From Patescibacteria group bacterium (GTDB taxonomy: Bacteria; Patescibacteriota; Minisyncoccia; Phycocordibacterales; PALSA-1337), in assembly GCA_038065395.1 (NCBI GenBank), contig JBBTRB010000002.1, positions 1 to 48,646 of the forward strand: DNA of 48,646 nucleotides. Direction: 5' to 3'. The position numbers were made by a program, and so were the translations under genes. A model generated the notes under the pieces. It did not search any database and was not told the origin of the DNA. It worked only from the letters and a program-made list of their open reading frames with translations. Positions 9,514-19,554 of this stretch are shown here, piece by piece (position 1 is the stretch's first letter; each line of letters begins with the position of its first letter).

Positions 9514-10338
9514 CTACATCGCGGAGAATAGATATCCGATCAGGGATATGTCGATGACTTCAACTCCGAACAAGAGCACCAGATACATGCCGAGGATGAG
9601 ATAAGGCCCAAAAGGTATTTCTGTTCGAGGCTTGAGCTTGCCATACGATATCAGAAGCCATGTCACACTCAGTCCTGCTGCGATCCAGAACGCCAAGACC
9701 ACCGCATTGATACCTCCACTGATACCAAGGAGCCAGCCGATACCGAGACACAGTTTCGCATCACCGAGTCCCATCCACTGCCCTTTGGATACCAACCAGA
9801 TCAGTGCGAATGGCAATGCCAAGAGTGGTCCCGCCAGGAGTGCACTCCACGAAGGTACGTGCCACCATGATGCACCTCCGATGAACAGACTAACGAAGCT
9901 GATCGCCGCAAAGGTGTATGACAACATATCAGGGATGATCTTGTGTCGTGTATCGTATATGGTGATGACGAGTAATATGCAGGTCACCAGAAGATAGAGA
10001 AATGTTCTAAATCCCGCAACCCAGGAAATAGGTGGAAAATACCAGATAATACCCAGAGCGATGAGTCCTGAAAGTATTTCGATGATTGGATACTGCCAGG
10101 AGATCTTGCTCGCACATTTCTTGCATTGCCCTTTTTGTATGAGGAAGCTCACTACAGGCACGAGCTCCTTCCAGGTCAGTTGCTCATTGCATGACATGCA
10201 GGCAGATCTACCATTGACCCCCTTGCCCGTATTGAACCGCAGTGCCACAACATTGAGGAAACTTCCGATGATCGTGCCGAAGACAAAAGAAAAGATCAGC
10301 GAGAAAAGATTCATGAGTATTATTGTGGACCGACGCAA
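9514..10338 (-). CDS. pilD: prepilin peptidase (A24 family)
   Basis: IGSFLNVV, a Zn-type CxxC...CxxC motif (CMSCNEQL...CKKC), multiple TM helices and the catalytic-Asp contexts IIPD and GLGDAKL. A start at 10314 (MNLFS) would remove the overlap with the pilin gene. Confidence 0.92.
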   Translation of the reverse strand: MRRSTIILMNLFSLIFSFVFGTIIGSFLNVVALRFNTGKGVNGRSACMSCNEQLTWKELVPVVSFLIQKGQCKKCASKISWQYPIIEILSGLIALGIIWYFPPISWVAGFRTFLYLLVTCILLVITIYDTRHKIIPDMLSYTFAAISFVSLFIGGASWWHVPSWSALLAGPLLALPFALIWLVSKGQWMGLGDAKLCLGIGWLLGISGGINAVVLAFWIAAGLSVTWLLISYGKLKPRTEIPFGPYLILGMYLVLLFGVEVIDISLIGYLFSAM

Positions 10339-10835
10339 TAGTGAACTTCTGCTGTTCCCTGGCCATTGTTGGCAGTGCCACAGTTCTGACTGAATACCGT
10401 ACCATCCAAATCATCCTTAACGACTTCACTGTAACCTTCCAAGACGGTCATCAATACATAGTCTGTAGCAGGAGCTGTATTGGTACCATATCTATACACA
10501 ACTTGTCCGGCCTGAGTTCCCGGAGTCGGTATGTTGGTAATAAACGTATTGATAGTTATTACTGCACCACTCTGTGTAGTACAGGACGAAGCTACGTCGA
10601 TCGTTGGTTGGCCACTAACGACAGCTGATGCTGGATACTTGTTACACCTATCGAAATACAGCTCAAGCGCGAGCTGTAGCTGTCCGATATCTGACACGCG
10701 CTTGGCATCACGGGCTTTGCCGCGAGACTTGGTGAGGTTGACGGTGATGATACCTGTAAGCAATGCCATGATCGCGATCGCGATCATGAGCTCTATGAGC
10801 GTGAAGCCTTTTTTATATGGAAGATGTGTTTTCAT
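10320..10835 (-). CDS. type IV pilin (second major-type pilin)
   Basis: From the ATG at 10835: MKTHLPYKKG|FTLIELMIAIAIMALLTGIITVNL. There is a C-terminal Cys pair. The longer track ORF (to 10886) overlaps the upstream methyltransferase. Confidence 0.85.
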   Translation of the reverse strand: MKTHLPYKKGFTLIELMIAIAIMALLTGIITVNLTKSRGKARDAKRVSDIGQLQLALELYFDRCNKYPASAVVSGQPTIDVASSCTTQSGAVITINTFITNIPTPGTQAGQVVYRYGTNTAPATDYVLMTVLEGYSEVVKDDLDGTVFSQNCGTANNGQGTAEVHYCVGPQ

Positions 10836-10875
10836 GGAATGATTATACCACAGAGAAGCATTCTCCCAACAAGAG

Positions 10876-11601
10876 CTACTTGTCACTGACGGCTTTTGCG
10901 ACCACTATCAGACTTTGTCCGAAAGGTGGATGTGCTATGCGTGACTCTACAAAATAAACAATGGGAAATATGACCTTGTCATAAAAGATAACTGCTTTTG
11001 CATTAAATGATCTCTGTTTCAAGAAGCAGAAAGAGAACCACCATGCAAAATACCCAACCATATTGTAATAACGTATCGATTCGACTATGAATCCAGCATG
11101 TGCAAGCTTTTCTGTAAGATTCTTCTTGGTATATCTGCGGTAGTGACCAAAATCTTTATCTAACGGGGCATATATCTCAGGGCGCGCAGGAACAAAGAGG
11201 CATAGCGATCCTCTTTTTTCTTTGAGAAGGTCGAAATATACTCTGAGTTCTTCCTGATCTTTTTCAATGTGTTCCAGCACATTTATAGTCACTATTGCAT
11301 CCCAATCTTTTTTATATATATCACGCGCAATACCTTCAAAAATAGGTTGATCGGGAAACTTTTCTCGCAATTTCGATGAAAATCTCTGATCGGGCTCAGT
11401 GCATTGCAGAAAAGATATATCTTTCAATTCTCTGAATAGTGCAGTCATCTGACCAATACCTGAGCCGATTTCGATCACGGAACCTTTGAGGTATTTTGAG
11501 AATTCTCGAATAAGCGACAACCTGTAGTTATATGCATGTTCAAGTGCTTTGAATTCGAAATCTTCATTTGATGCCTCGGAGTTATATGTGGAATCAGACA
11601 T
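10876..11601 (-). CDS. class I SAM-dependent methyltransferase
   Basis: Motif I VIEIGSGIGQMT, with later motifs DAIVTINVLEHI. Visibly AT-richer than the pil genes. Confidence 0.8.
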   Translation of the reverse strand: MSDSTYNSEASNEDFEFKALEHAYNYRLSLIREFSKYLKGSVIEIGSGIGQMTALFRELKDISFLQCTEPDQRFSSKLREKFPDQPIFEGIARDIYKKDWDAIVTINVLEHIEKDQEELRVYFDLLKEKRGSLCLFVPARPEIYAPLDKDFGHYRRYTKKNLTEKLAHAGFIVESIRYYNMVGYFAWWFSFCFLKQRSFNAKAVIFYDKVIFPIVYFVESRIAHPPFGQSLIVVAKAVSDK

Positions 11602-11606
11602 AGATA

Positions 11607-14057
11607 CTATGGATTATTTTTTGATTTTACCTGATAGAGGATGTACTGGTACTCGGAATCGTAAATCTTTTTCTCAAAGTTTGCATTGTGTTCGAGGATA
11701 TAGTTGAACAATTGCAGGTTCGCCTGACTGACTACATATTCAGCACCCAACTGATTCCGAATAATACTAGCCATTTTATCACCCTCCGTCTTTGCATACG
11801 AATCAAAGTTAACGAACTTTTCCGCCATATGCTTCTCAATGATTAAGTCATTTTCTGGACATTTTTCCTGATCACATACATATCCTTTGTACGGAATATT
11901 CACTGAAAGCCAATACAGATGGGGACTGTAGTCATACGTAAATCGAGGTTCAAGACCAGATATGTAGTTATTGCGGGGACTATGGTAGTAGAGCTGTGGG
12001 AACCAGCTCCAGTTTACATCGAGGACAACGGATCCTGGCTCTGTATTCTTCTTTAACCACGACCCGATCTTATAAAATTCTACTTCCTGAGCACCATACG
12101 CGATCTTTTGTTGCAGGAAGAGCATATTGCTTGTAAACAAATATACGAGAACTATCGAAAGTGCTGTTGCAAGACTGTATTTTATCATTGGTGTACCCGA
12201 TATCATCAGATTCCTTCGTGCATAATCGAAAGATAGTGCGATATAGAGAGCGGCAAACATGGTGAAGTAGTCACCAAAACGAGCACTTGCCACTACCGTT
12301 CCAAGAAAGAACAATGCTGTTAATATCAGTACGCATGTCTGCAGATGCCTTCGAGCTTCTTTTACTCCAGAAAGATAATCTTTGACTGTACTATGCCCCA
12401 CCCTATACGACAAATAACTAAATACATCTATAACTAATGCGGTTACGAAGGCGGCAAATATGATCGTGTTAGCTTGTATAAAGTTAAAAAAGTCTGCCGG
12501 ATATAATTCGCCACCCTCTGCAATCGCAACCTTCTTTCCAATAATAGTATCGACATATGTTCCAAAAATAATATCCTTCATGTAGTACATGAATCCTGAA
12601 GAGACAAGGAATGTCGCACCTATCGCAAGTGTCGTCCCTCCAATTACGGCGAATAGATTTTTATAATCCCCTTTGAGTCCGTAGAACTTTTCTATGAGCA
12701 AATACCCCAATGCAACACATGCTGGCAAGAAAAAGCTGGCACTATGCCAATACATGTAAGCAAAAGCAACGATGAAGGCACCTATATAATTTTTCCTATA
12801 CAAGAACACCAACAAAAGAATTAGCAGGGATGGGGCTAATGCATAAGGTCTTGAGAGGAAAAACCTCCAAATGGAACCGACTCCACTCACTGCAATGAAA
12901 ATAAGAGTCCATACGAAGGGGTTTTGAATCTCAAATTTTTTGAAACACCAATAGAGAAGTGCGAATGCAGATGCAACTATACAAACAGCATAGAGCTTGA
13001 TACCCGCATACAATGGAGCAATGAAGGTGAACGGGATAATGAATAGATAGAATAGGAAATTGTAGTATACGAAATAAGTGTTCCCTTGGGCCATTTTCGA
13101 GAGATATATTGATTTGAAGTCACTAAATGAACTAAAAAATCCATCGTCCAACATCTGTTGAGCAAATCTGAAATGAAAAAAATGATCATCACTACTAGAT
13201 ACGGTATTTACTGAGAAGTACATACTGCAGAAGATAGTGAAAAACAATGAGAAGATCAGGAAAAGTGTCAACTTTGGTCTTGGTAAAATCCAATTCTGGA
13301 ATACACTCACTGTATTTTTTAACATACTCCATGTAGCAACAGATCGTTCAAAAAACCACAAAAAGAAAATATGTCTGAGGCATCGTACTCCATGTCTCCA
13401 GTTCATCTTTTTCCCTTCCTCTTTCTTCCTTGAATGATATGAGATAGGAATTTCAAGAATAGTACCGTAGGTCTTAAGCAAAAAGTATGTGAGGTCAATA
13501 ACGTCGAATATAAACCCACTTGAAGTCAGCGTCAGAAGCTTGGGGATTGCTTCCTTTGGAAAGACTTTGTAACATGTTGCGATATCAGTGATACGGCTCC
13601 TGAAAACGAGGTTGAATATCTTGGTCACCAAAAGTCCTCCATAAAAATAGATCTGGCTAAAAGGCACTGCGTTTTCACTCAAAACTCTTGATCCAAACAC
13701 CACCTTCGTCTTCCCTTCGATAATCGGTTTTAATAGTGCACCGTAGTCTTCTGGATCATACTCTAGGTCAGCATCTTGAATAAGAACAAAATCTCCTGTT
13801 GCCACAGATAGCCCGTCTCTCAAAGCAGCTGCTTTGCCTCCATTCTCAGCACGAAACACAGCCTTAACCTTATCCGTGTAGCGAGCGATGACACCTCTAC
13901 TACCGTCCGTAGACCCATCATCAACGACGATAACTTCCCTTGACCAACCCTGAGGTAATACCACCGTAAGAACCTTTTTGAGCGTCGCTTCGACGGTCTT
14001 TCTTTCATTGAAAACCGGAATGATGACGGAAAGTCTTTGCGGAATATTTTGTGACAT
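11607..14057 (-). CDS. fusion protein: N-terminal GT2 (polyprenyl-phosphate sugar synthase-like) plus a large polytopic membrane domain (GT-C/ArnT-like by architecture) plus a C-terminal soluble domain
   Basis: The N-terminus has LSVIIPVFNERKTV, VVDDGSTDGS and IQDADLEYDP, which are GT2 DxD-type motifs. Residues ~230-640 form more than 10 hydrophobic helices. Assignment of the membrane part is by architecture only. Confidence 0.75.
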   Translation of the reverse strand: MSQNIPQRLSVIIPVFNERKTVEATLKKVLTVVLPQGWSREVIVVDDGSTDGSRGVIARYTDKVKAVFRAENGGKAAALRDGLSVATGDFVLIQDADLEYDPEDYGALLKPIIEGKTKVVFGSRVLSENAVPFSQIYFYGGLLVTKIFNLVFRSRITDIATCYKVFPKEAIPKLLTLTSSGFIFDVIDLTYFLLKTYGTILEIPISYHSRKKEEGKKMNWRHGVRCLRHIFFLWFFERSVATWSMLKNTVSVFQNWILPRPKLTLFLIFSLFFTIFCSMYFSVNTVSSSDDHFFHFRFAQQMLDDGFFSSFSDFKSIYLSKMAQGNTYFVYYNFLFYLFIIPFTFIAPLYAGIKLYAVCIVASAFALLYWCFKKFEIQNPFVWTLIFIAVSGVGSIWRFFLSRPYALAPSLLILLLVFLYRKNYIGAFIVAFAYMYWHSASFFLPACVALGYLLIEKFYGLKGDYKNLFAVIGGTTLAIGATFLVSSGFMYYMKDIIFGTYVDTIIGKKVAIAEGGELYPADFFNFIQANTIIFAAFVTALVIDVFSYLSYRVGHSTVKDYLSGVKEARRHLQTCVLILTALFFLGTVVASARFGDYFTMFAALYIALSFDYARRNLMISGTPMIKYSLATALSIVLVYLFTSNMLFLQQKIAYGAQEVEFYKIGSWLKKNTEPGSVVLDVNWSWFPQLYYHSPRNNYISGLEPRFTYDYSPHLYWLSVNIPYKGYVCDQEKCPENDLIIEKHMAEKFVNFDSYAKTEGDKMASIIRNQLGAEYVVSQANLQLFNYILEHNANFEKKIYDSEYQYILYQVKSKNNP

Positions 14058-14082
14058 AGCCTGAAATATAGCATGCGCCTAT

Positions 14083-14112
14083 ACAAAACAAAACCCCGAT
14101 ATCGGGGTTTTG
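14083..14112 (-). terminator. rho-independent terminator downstream of the pilin gene
   Basis: Minus sense reads AACCCCGAT/ATCGGGGTT followed by TTTGTTTTG; the structure is symmetrical (A-run on the other side). Confidence 0.75.
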
Positions 14113-14137
14113 TTAGCCTTAAGAGAATATCGAGATT

Positions 14138-14614
14138 TTACTGACAGCGAGCAGCTGTAGCATTGGTACCAGTATCGACTTGGTTCGTTGCACCTGTTGA
14201 GTCAAGACAGAAATACTTGGTAGTGTCTGAAACTAGACGGCCACGAATAACGTAGTTTGAGTTGAGAGAGTTGAGTGTTCCGATATATAGGATTCCTCCT
14301 TGTGCATTTATATCAGCGTTGATAGTCGTCATGTCTGCAGTTGGAGAAACTATACAGTTTATGTACGTTGCAGCTGTATTACTGTTACCCGCTCCACTAC
14401 AACTAGTATTTGAACCATTTACAGGATACCCTGCTCCGTTGAATGCTGTTTCAAGCAATGTTCTCATCTGCTGAACGCCAGCGATAACACGAGCATCCTT
14501 AGCCTTGTTTCTCGCTGAGTTCAAACTCACCAACACTACTGACGAAAGAATACCGATGATCGCGATGACCACGAGCAATTCGATGAGTGTAAAACCTTTT
14601 TTGTACTGTTTCAT
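14138..14614 (-). CDS. pilA: type IV major pilin
   Basis: MKQYKKG|FTLIELLVVIAIIGILSSVVLVSLNSARNKAKD. It has its own terminator and a 136-nt upstream gap. Confidence 0.9.
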   Translation of the reverse strand: MKQYKKGFTLIELLVVIAIIGILSSVVLVSLNSARNKAKDARVIAGVQQMRTLLETAFNGAGYPVNGSNTSCSGAGNSNTAATYINCIVSPTADMTTINADINAQGGILYIGTLNSLNSNYVIRGRLVSDTTKYFCLDSTGATNQVDTGTNATAARCQ

Positions 14615-14690
14615 ATATAAAATTATACGAATAAACTGTTAATCTGATTAATATAACTAACCTTTCTCTGAATGTAAGGTTGTTGAGACT

Positions 14691-14699
14691 ATTATATCA
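14691..14699 (-). promoter_or_regulatory. candidate extended -10 element (TGATATAAT) upstream of pilA
   Basis: The minus-sense sequence GGGTGATATAATAGTC lies in the pilC-pilA gap. No convincing -35 element. Confidence 0.3.
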
Positions 14700-14750
14700 C
14701 CCTCTATCCACTACGATATCCTTATATTCTGTGGATAACGAGTGGGCAAC

Positions 14751-15962
14751 CTACTGCGTACTGGCGATGTTGTATATCGGGATCAAGACCGATGCCAACA
14801 ACACCGCAACACCTCCTCCGAGCAGCACGATCATCAGAGGTTCGATCAGTGACACCAGAGAGTCGACAGCGGTCGTGACTTCGCGAGTATAGAATCGCGA
14901 CATGGTCTTGAGGATCGAGCCGACCTCTCCGGTTTCTTCACCCACTTTCATCATTTGCACCATGATACCGGGGATCTCACGTGGATTGTTGGATAGAGAT
15001 TCTGACAGCGTCTTGCCTCCGGTGACTTCTTCGACAGCTCTAGAGATAATATTCTGATAAACCTGGTTGTTGATGACGGTCGAGGTCAACTCCAATGCGC
15101 GCACCATCGGAATACCTGAGATCAACATCGTGTTCATGTTATCCGCCAGACGCGAGAGGTAGAGTTTCTTGAAAAGAGTCGATATATAGGGGATGCCGAG
15201 CTTGAACTGGTCATAGATCATCCTGCCCGCTGGAGTACGGACGAACCTAACGAGGAAGAATCCTCCGATCAGAGCCACTGCCAAGAGAATGAAACCGTAT
15301 TCTAGGAGGAAATTACTGATACCGAGCACAACTTGTGTATATACTGGGATCTCTCCTCCGGATTCTGTCAGGATGCCACTGATCTTGGGGATGACCATGG
15401 TGAACATCAAGATCATCACGGTGATGAAGGTCACCACGATGAATGCCGGGTAGATGAGCGCACCTTTGACCTTGGAAGAGAGTTCGTAGGAACGATCGAG
15501 ATAGTCTGCAAGATAGAGGAATGTTTCGTCGAGTTTGCCCGACTCCTCGCCCGCCTTGACCATGTTGACGTAGAAGTTGCTAAAGACCTTTGGATGTTTG
15601 GCCAATGCATCTGATATTGGACTTCCTGCCTGGAGATCATCGGCGATCGTCTGCATCTTGGAGCCAAGGACATGGTTCTCTGTTTCTGAAGCCAACAGGC
15701 GGAATATGCGCAACGCCGAGATCTGAGCCTCGAACAAAGTCGAGAGTTGCCTCGACAAGATCACCACGTCTTTGGTCGAGATTCTGTCGAAAAGCGCGAT
15801 ATTCTTGCCGAAGAATGAACCGTTGGCATCTGCTTCTTTGATCGAGGTCAGAGTCAGACCTCGTCTCTGCAGAGACAGGATCGCAACATCAGAATTCACG
15901 GCGTCGATAGAGCCTGTTTTCTTGGCGCCGGTATTGTCGATAGATTCGTAGTTGAAGAGCAT
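14751..15962 (-). CDS. pilC: type IV pilus platform protein (T2SS F family)
   Basis: 403 aa with a duplicated GspF-type domain and three TM segments, located between pilT and pilA. Confidence 0.9.
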   Translation of the reverse strand: MLFNYESIDNTGAKKTGSIDAVNSDVAILSLQRRGLTLTSIKEADANGSFFGKNIALFDRISTKDVVILSRQLSTLFEAQISALRIFRLLASETENHVLGSKMQTIADDLQAGSPISDALAKHPKVFSNFYVNMVKAGEESGKLDETFLYLADYLDRSYELSSKVKGALIYPAFIVVTFITVMILMFTMVIPKISGILTESGGEIPVYTQVVLGISNFLLEYGFILLAVALIGGFFLVRFVRTPAGRMIYDQFKLGIPYISTLFKKLYLSRLADNMNTMLISGIPMVRALELTSTVINNQVYQNIISRAVEEVTGGKTLSESLSNNPREIPGIMVQMMKVGEETGEVGSILKTMSRFYTREVTTAVDSLVSLIEPLMIVLLGGGVAVLLASVLIPIYNIASTQ

Positions 15963-15987
15963 ATGTGTAGTATATCAGATTCGTTTA

Positions 15988-16012
15988 TGTCATCCCCGCG
16001 AAGGCGGGGATC
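15988..16012. repeat. REP-like GC hairpin (third copy of the 4667/4826 arm)
   Basis: tgtcatccccgcgaaggcggggatc, in the pilT-pilC gap. Confidence 0.8.
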
Positions 16013-16018
16013 TGCGAT

Positions 16019-17077
16019 CTAAATCATGCGTTCCAACGTCTTCGGGTTAAGCGAGTTCGCATGAGCACTCTCGACCGTGATCTCACCAGAACGTACGAGC
16101 TCTGCCAATGAACGGTTCATGTCGATCATGCCGTCCTGTGAACTCGTCTCGATGACCGTGTTGATCTCATAGGTGCGTCGCTCACGGATCAGGTTCGAGA
16201 CTGCACTGTTGTTGATCAGGAGCTCATAGGCCGGGATCAATCCTCCGGACATGCGTGGGATCAGACGTTGCGAGAATATACCTGTCAGGGAACTCGCGAG
16301 TTGTACACGGATCTGATCTTGTTGCCCTGGCGGGAATGAGTCGATGATACGATCGATCGTCTGAGCGGCGTTGTTGGTGTGAAGTGTCGAAAATACCAGG
16401 TGTCCCGTCTCTGCAGCTGTCACGGCAGTCGAGATCGTCGTGGCGTCGCGCATCTCACCGACCATACACACATCGATATCCTGACGGAACATAGCCGTCA
16501 ATGCACTGGCGAAATCTGGCGTATCAATACGCACCTCTCGTTGGTCGATGATAGACTTTTTGGATTCGAAGAGGTATTCGATCGGATCTTCGATGGTCAT
16601 AATATGTTCGGTGCGGGTCTGGTTGATCATCTCGATCAGGGTTGCCAACGTCGTTGTCTTGCCTTGTCCGATCGGTCCTACCACCAAGAAGAATCCTTGG
16701 GCCTTGCGAGTGAACATGTCGAGAATGACGGGTAGGTTGAGCTCTGGCAGCGTACGGATAGCCTTGGGGATGAGACGAAGTGCGATGGCGATAGAGTCTT
16801 GTCTGCGGAATACATTGCCACGGAAACGTGCATTCTTGAGACTATAAGAAAAGTCGACGTCTTTGTTCTTTTCGAGAAGCTCCACATTGGCCGGTGAAAG
16901 AAATACTTTTATGAAACCCTGCATATCAGTCGGGGTGAGGACGGCCTGTTTGACCAGAGGGATGAGAGCCCCTGAAACACGGATGATCGGTGCACGGCCA
17001 GCTGACAGGTGAAGGTCCGAGGCACCCTCTTTGAGCAATAGATCTACCAAGCTTTCTATTTCTTTTTCGTAGTTCAT
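16019..17077 (-). CDS. pilT: type IV pilus retraction ATPase
   Basis: 352 aa with Walker A GPIGQGKTT, MVGEMRD and STLHTNNAAQTIDRI, a PilT-type layout with no long N-terminal domain. Confidence 0.9.
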   Translation of the reverse strand: MNYEKEIESLVDLLLKEGASDLHLSAGRAPIIRVSGALIPLVKQAVLTPTDMQGFIKVFLSPANVELLEKNKDVDFSYSLKNARFRGNVFRRQDSIAIALRLIPKAIRTLPELNLPVILDMFTRKAQGFFLVVGPIGQGKTTTLATLIEMINQTRTEHIMTIEDPIEYLFESKKSIIDQREVRIDTPDFASALTAMFRQDIDVCMVGEMRDATTISTAVTAAETGHLVFSTLHTNNAAQTIDRIIDSFPPGQQDQIRVQLASSLTGIFSQRLIPRMSGGLIPAYELLINNSAVSNLIRERRTYEINTVIETSSQDGMIDMNRSLAELVRSGEITVESAHANSLNPKTLERMI

Positions 17078-17514
17078 TATGATGTTTGTTTATGAGCACA
17101 TATCTTCTCGACTTCTTTTAAAACTTCCGAAGGGATCGTCGTTGCCTTGACGATGTAACCGTTGACTTCGAGCTTCTTGGCACGGGCAATGTCCTCTGAA
17201 GATCCTTGGTTGGTCAACATGATGATCGTTGCATTCGGCGCCAACCTTTCTTTACGAACACGCTCGATGAACTGCAACCCGTCCATATCCGGCATCACAA
17301 TATCTGCCAACAATATGTCTGGCATGTATCCAGATGACAAGAGTCGCAATGCCGCCTCGGTCGAGTCTGCGGTTTTGACATCGTAGCCAGCCTTGTTGAA
17401 CTTGAGCGTATACATGTCGAGGAGAAACTTGTCATCGTCGACGAACATAACCTTGGTACGTACAGATGACGTATCGGGAACTATTTGTTGAGGAGGTGTA
17501 GGAGTGTCATTCAT
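17077..17514 (-). CDS. single-domain response regulator (receiver only)
   Basis: KVMFVDDDKF...LADIVMPDMDG...NGYIVKA. It is CheY-like, has no output domain, and its stop overlaps the pilT start (TAATG). Confidence 0.85.
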   Translation of the reverse strand: MNDTPTPPQQIVPDTSSVRTKVMFVDDDKFLLDMYTLKFNKAGYDVKTADSTEAALRLLSSGYMPDILLADIVMPDMDGLQFIERVRKERLAPNATIIMLTNQGSSEDIARAKKLEVNGYIVKATTIPSEVLKEVEKICAHKQTS

Positions 17515-17526
17515 GGTATTAGTATA

Positions 17527-19254
17527 CTACAACTTGTTTACTTCCTCGAAAGGAATCTTCTTCTCGAAGGCTTTGATGATGGCATCTTCTTTGATCGTGA
17601 TCATTCCCTTCGCTCTTAGGATCTTGGTAATAGCAGTCTCAGTCGGAGATGTGAGGATCGCCTGCTCGATCTCTTTATCCATTTCGAACATTTCGAACAC
17701 TGCAGTGCGTCCACGAACTCCTTTTGGTGATTCTGGTGTCGGCTTGATCTTGTGCACGGTATCCGAAAAAGGAATCTCCTTGCGATATTGTTCGGGAAGA
17801 TCGGCAAACTGACTATCGATCATCGCTTTGATACTTCCCTCTACTTTGACTGGTTCTCCACCTCCTGGGATAAGCATACCAGCGAGACGCTGGCCGATCG
17901 CCAAGATCAGAGTCGGTGCGATGAGGTACGGGTCAACTCCCATGTCGATAAGACGAGGGATCACACCAGCAGAACTGTTGGTGTGGAGTGTCGAGAAAAC
18001 CAAGTGACCAGTCAATGCCGCCTGAACCGCAAGCTGTGCCGTCTCTTTGTCGCGGATCTCTCCCACCATGATGATGTCTGGGTCCTGACGCAATGTTGTA
18101 CGCAAACCTGCCGCAAAGGTGTAGCCGATCTCGGGTCGAACTTGTGACTGACTCATGCCCTCGATCGAGTACTCCACTGGATCTTCGAGCGACAATACGT
18201 TGTAACTTTCACGGTCGATCTCGGTCAACAATGAATACAGCGTGGTGGACTTACCCGAGCCAGTCGGACCAGTCACTAGGATCATGCCGTAGGGTTTGTT
18301 GATCGCTTTGCGAACAAGCTCGAGGTTGCGTGGAGAAAAGCCGATCTGATCGAGCGTACGAACGCCTTTGGCCTGGTCAAGGATACGCATCACCACCTTT
18401 TCTCCATGATATGCAGGGAATGTAGATACACGGAAGTCGATACGACGACCGTCGATGCGTGCCGAGAAACGGCCGTCTTGCGGTTTGCGCTTTTCATCGA
18501 GACGCATGTTGGAGAGCACTTTGATACGTGCAACAACCGCAGAGTGAACCTGTGCTGGCAAGACCAGACTGGTATTGAGTACTCCGTCGACACGGAAACG
18601 CACACGGACTTTGTCACGCATATGTTCTATGTGTACGTCGGACGAATCCCCTTCTACTGCATATCGGACGATTGTGGCTACGATCTTGACGACGGGCGCA
18701 TCCTCGATGATGACGGTATTTTCGCTGGACTTGTCTTGTGATTGTGCTTGAGATGCTTCTTCTGGTTTGACAGAGTCTGTCTCTACCGAGAGTTCAGTCT
18801 CAAGTTCCGAAAGAGCCTTGGAGACCTCACCGGTCATGCCCTTGTACATATCGATGACTTTCTTGAAGTCATCGAGTGTTATCAAAAATATTTTGTAAGG
18901 AATGTTCTTTTGAGATGCAAGGAAGTTGAGCGCATCACGTGCCTCCATATTGTCCGGATCAGTCACTCCAACCTCGAGCATGCCTTCTTTGAGACCGATC
19001 GGTACGAAGCCGTACGTCAACGCGGATTCTTCGGGGATATATTCGAGCGCCTGGAAAGGGATCGAAACTTCACTGAGAGATCTGACCGGGATATTGAGGA
19101 ACTCACCTCGAGCAGCCATGATGTCTTCTGGTTTGACACCCTTGGAGATCAGAGCCTGTTCGAGCGAAGTACCTGCGGCTGTCTGTTTGCGTACATCACG
19201 AATAGCCTCTTTTGAGATTAACTCCTTTTGTAAGAGAATATCGAGAACTGACAT
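17527..19254 (-). CDS. pilB: type IV pilus assembly ATPase (GspE family)
   Basis: 575 aa with an N-terminal GSPII_E-type domain, Walker A GPTGSGKSTT, MVGEIRD and STLHTNS. Confidence 0.92.
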   Translation of the reverse strand: MSVLDILLQKELISKEAIRDVRKQTAAGTSLEQALISKGVKPEDIMAARGEFLNIPVRSLSEVSIPFQALEYIPEESALTYGFVPIGLKEGMLEVGVTDPDNMEARDALNFLASQKNIPYKIFLITLDDFKKVIDMYKGMTGEVSKALSELETELSVETDSVKPEEASQAQSQDKSSENTVIIEDAPVVKIVATIVRYAVEGDSSDVHIEHMRDKVRVRFRVDGVLNTSLVLPAQVHSAVVARIKVLSNMRLDEKRKPQDGRFSARIDGRRIDFRVSTFPAYHGEKVVMRILDQAKGVRTLDQIGFSPRNLELVRKAINKPYGMILVTGPTGSGKSTTLYSLLTEIDRESYNVLSLEDPVEYSIEGMSQSQVRPEIGYTFAAGLRTTLRQDPDIIMVGEIRDKETAQLAVQAALTGHLVFSTLHTNSSAGVIPRLIDMGVDPYLIAPTLILAIGQRLAGMLIPGGGEPVKVEGSIKAMIDSQFADLPEQYRKEIPFSDTVHKIKPTPESPKGVRGRTAVFEMFEMDKEIEQAILTSPTETAITKILRAKGMITIKEDAIIKAFEKKIPFEEVNKL

Positions 19255-19260
19255 AGGTTA

Positions 19261-19551
19261 TTAGCGAACTGGTGCGAATGGATTTGGGCGACCAACTCCC
19301 TGATCAGGGATAGGTACTGAGCGATCACGGAGTGTTTGGTACACTGGTGAAGAGAAGAAGTTGGCATCAATAGTGATGGTATTGACCTGGTTGAGCAACG
19401 TGAGGATGAGTGCAGCTCGACCATCGGCCGCAGCAGCAGGACCTGCCTGGAGCAACGCCGATCCGGAAGAAGAGGAACCTCCTTTGACGAAGAAGTACCC
19501 GAATCCGACAAGGACTGCAACAATGATGATAATGATGGTGGATTTATTCAT
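19261..19551 (-). CDS. small membrane-anchored protein in the pilus operon (PilP-position analogue)
   Basis: 96 aa with an N-terminal TM (IIIIIVAVLVGFGYFF). Assignment is by position between pilO and pilB only. Confidence 0.5.
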   Translation of the reverse strand: MNKSTIIIIIVAVLVGFGYFFVKGGSSSSGSALLQAGPAAAADGRAALILTLLNQVNTITIDANFFSSPVYQTLRDRSVPIPDQGVGRPNPFAPVR

Positions 19552-19554
19552 AGG

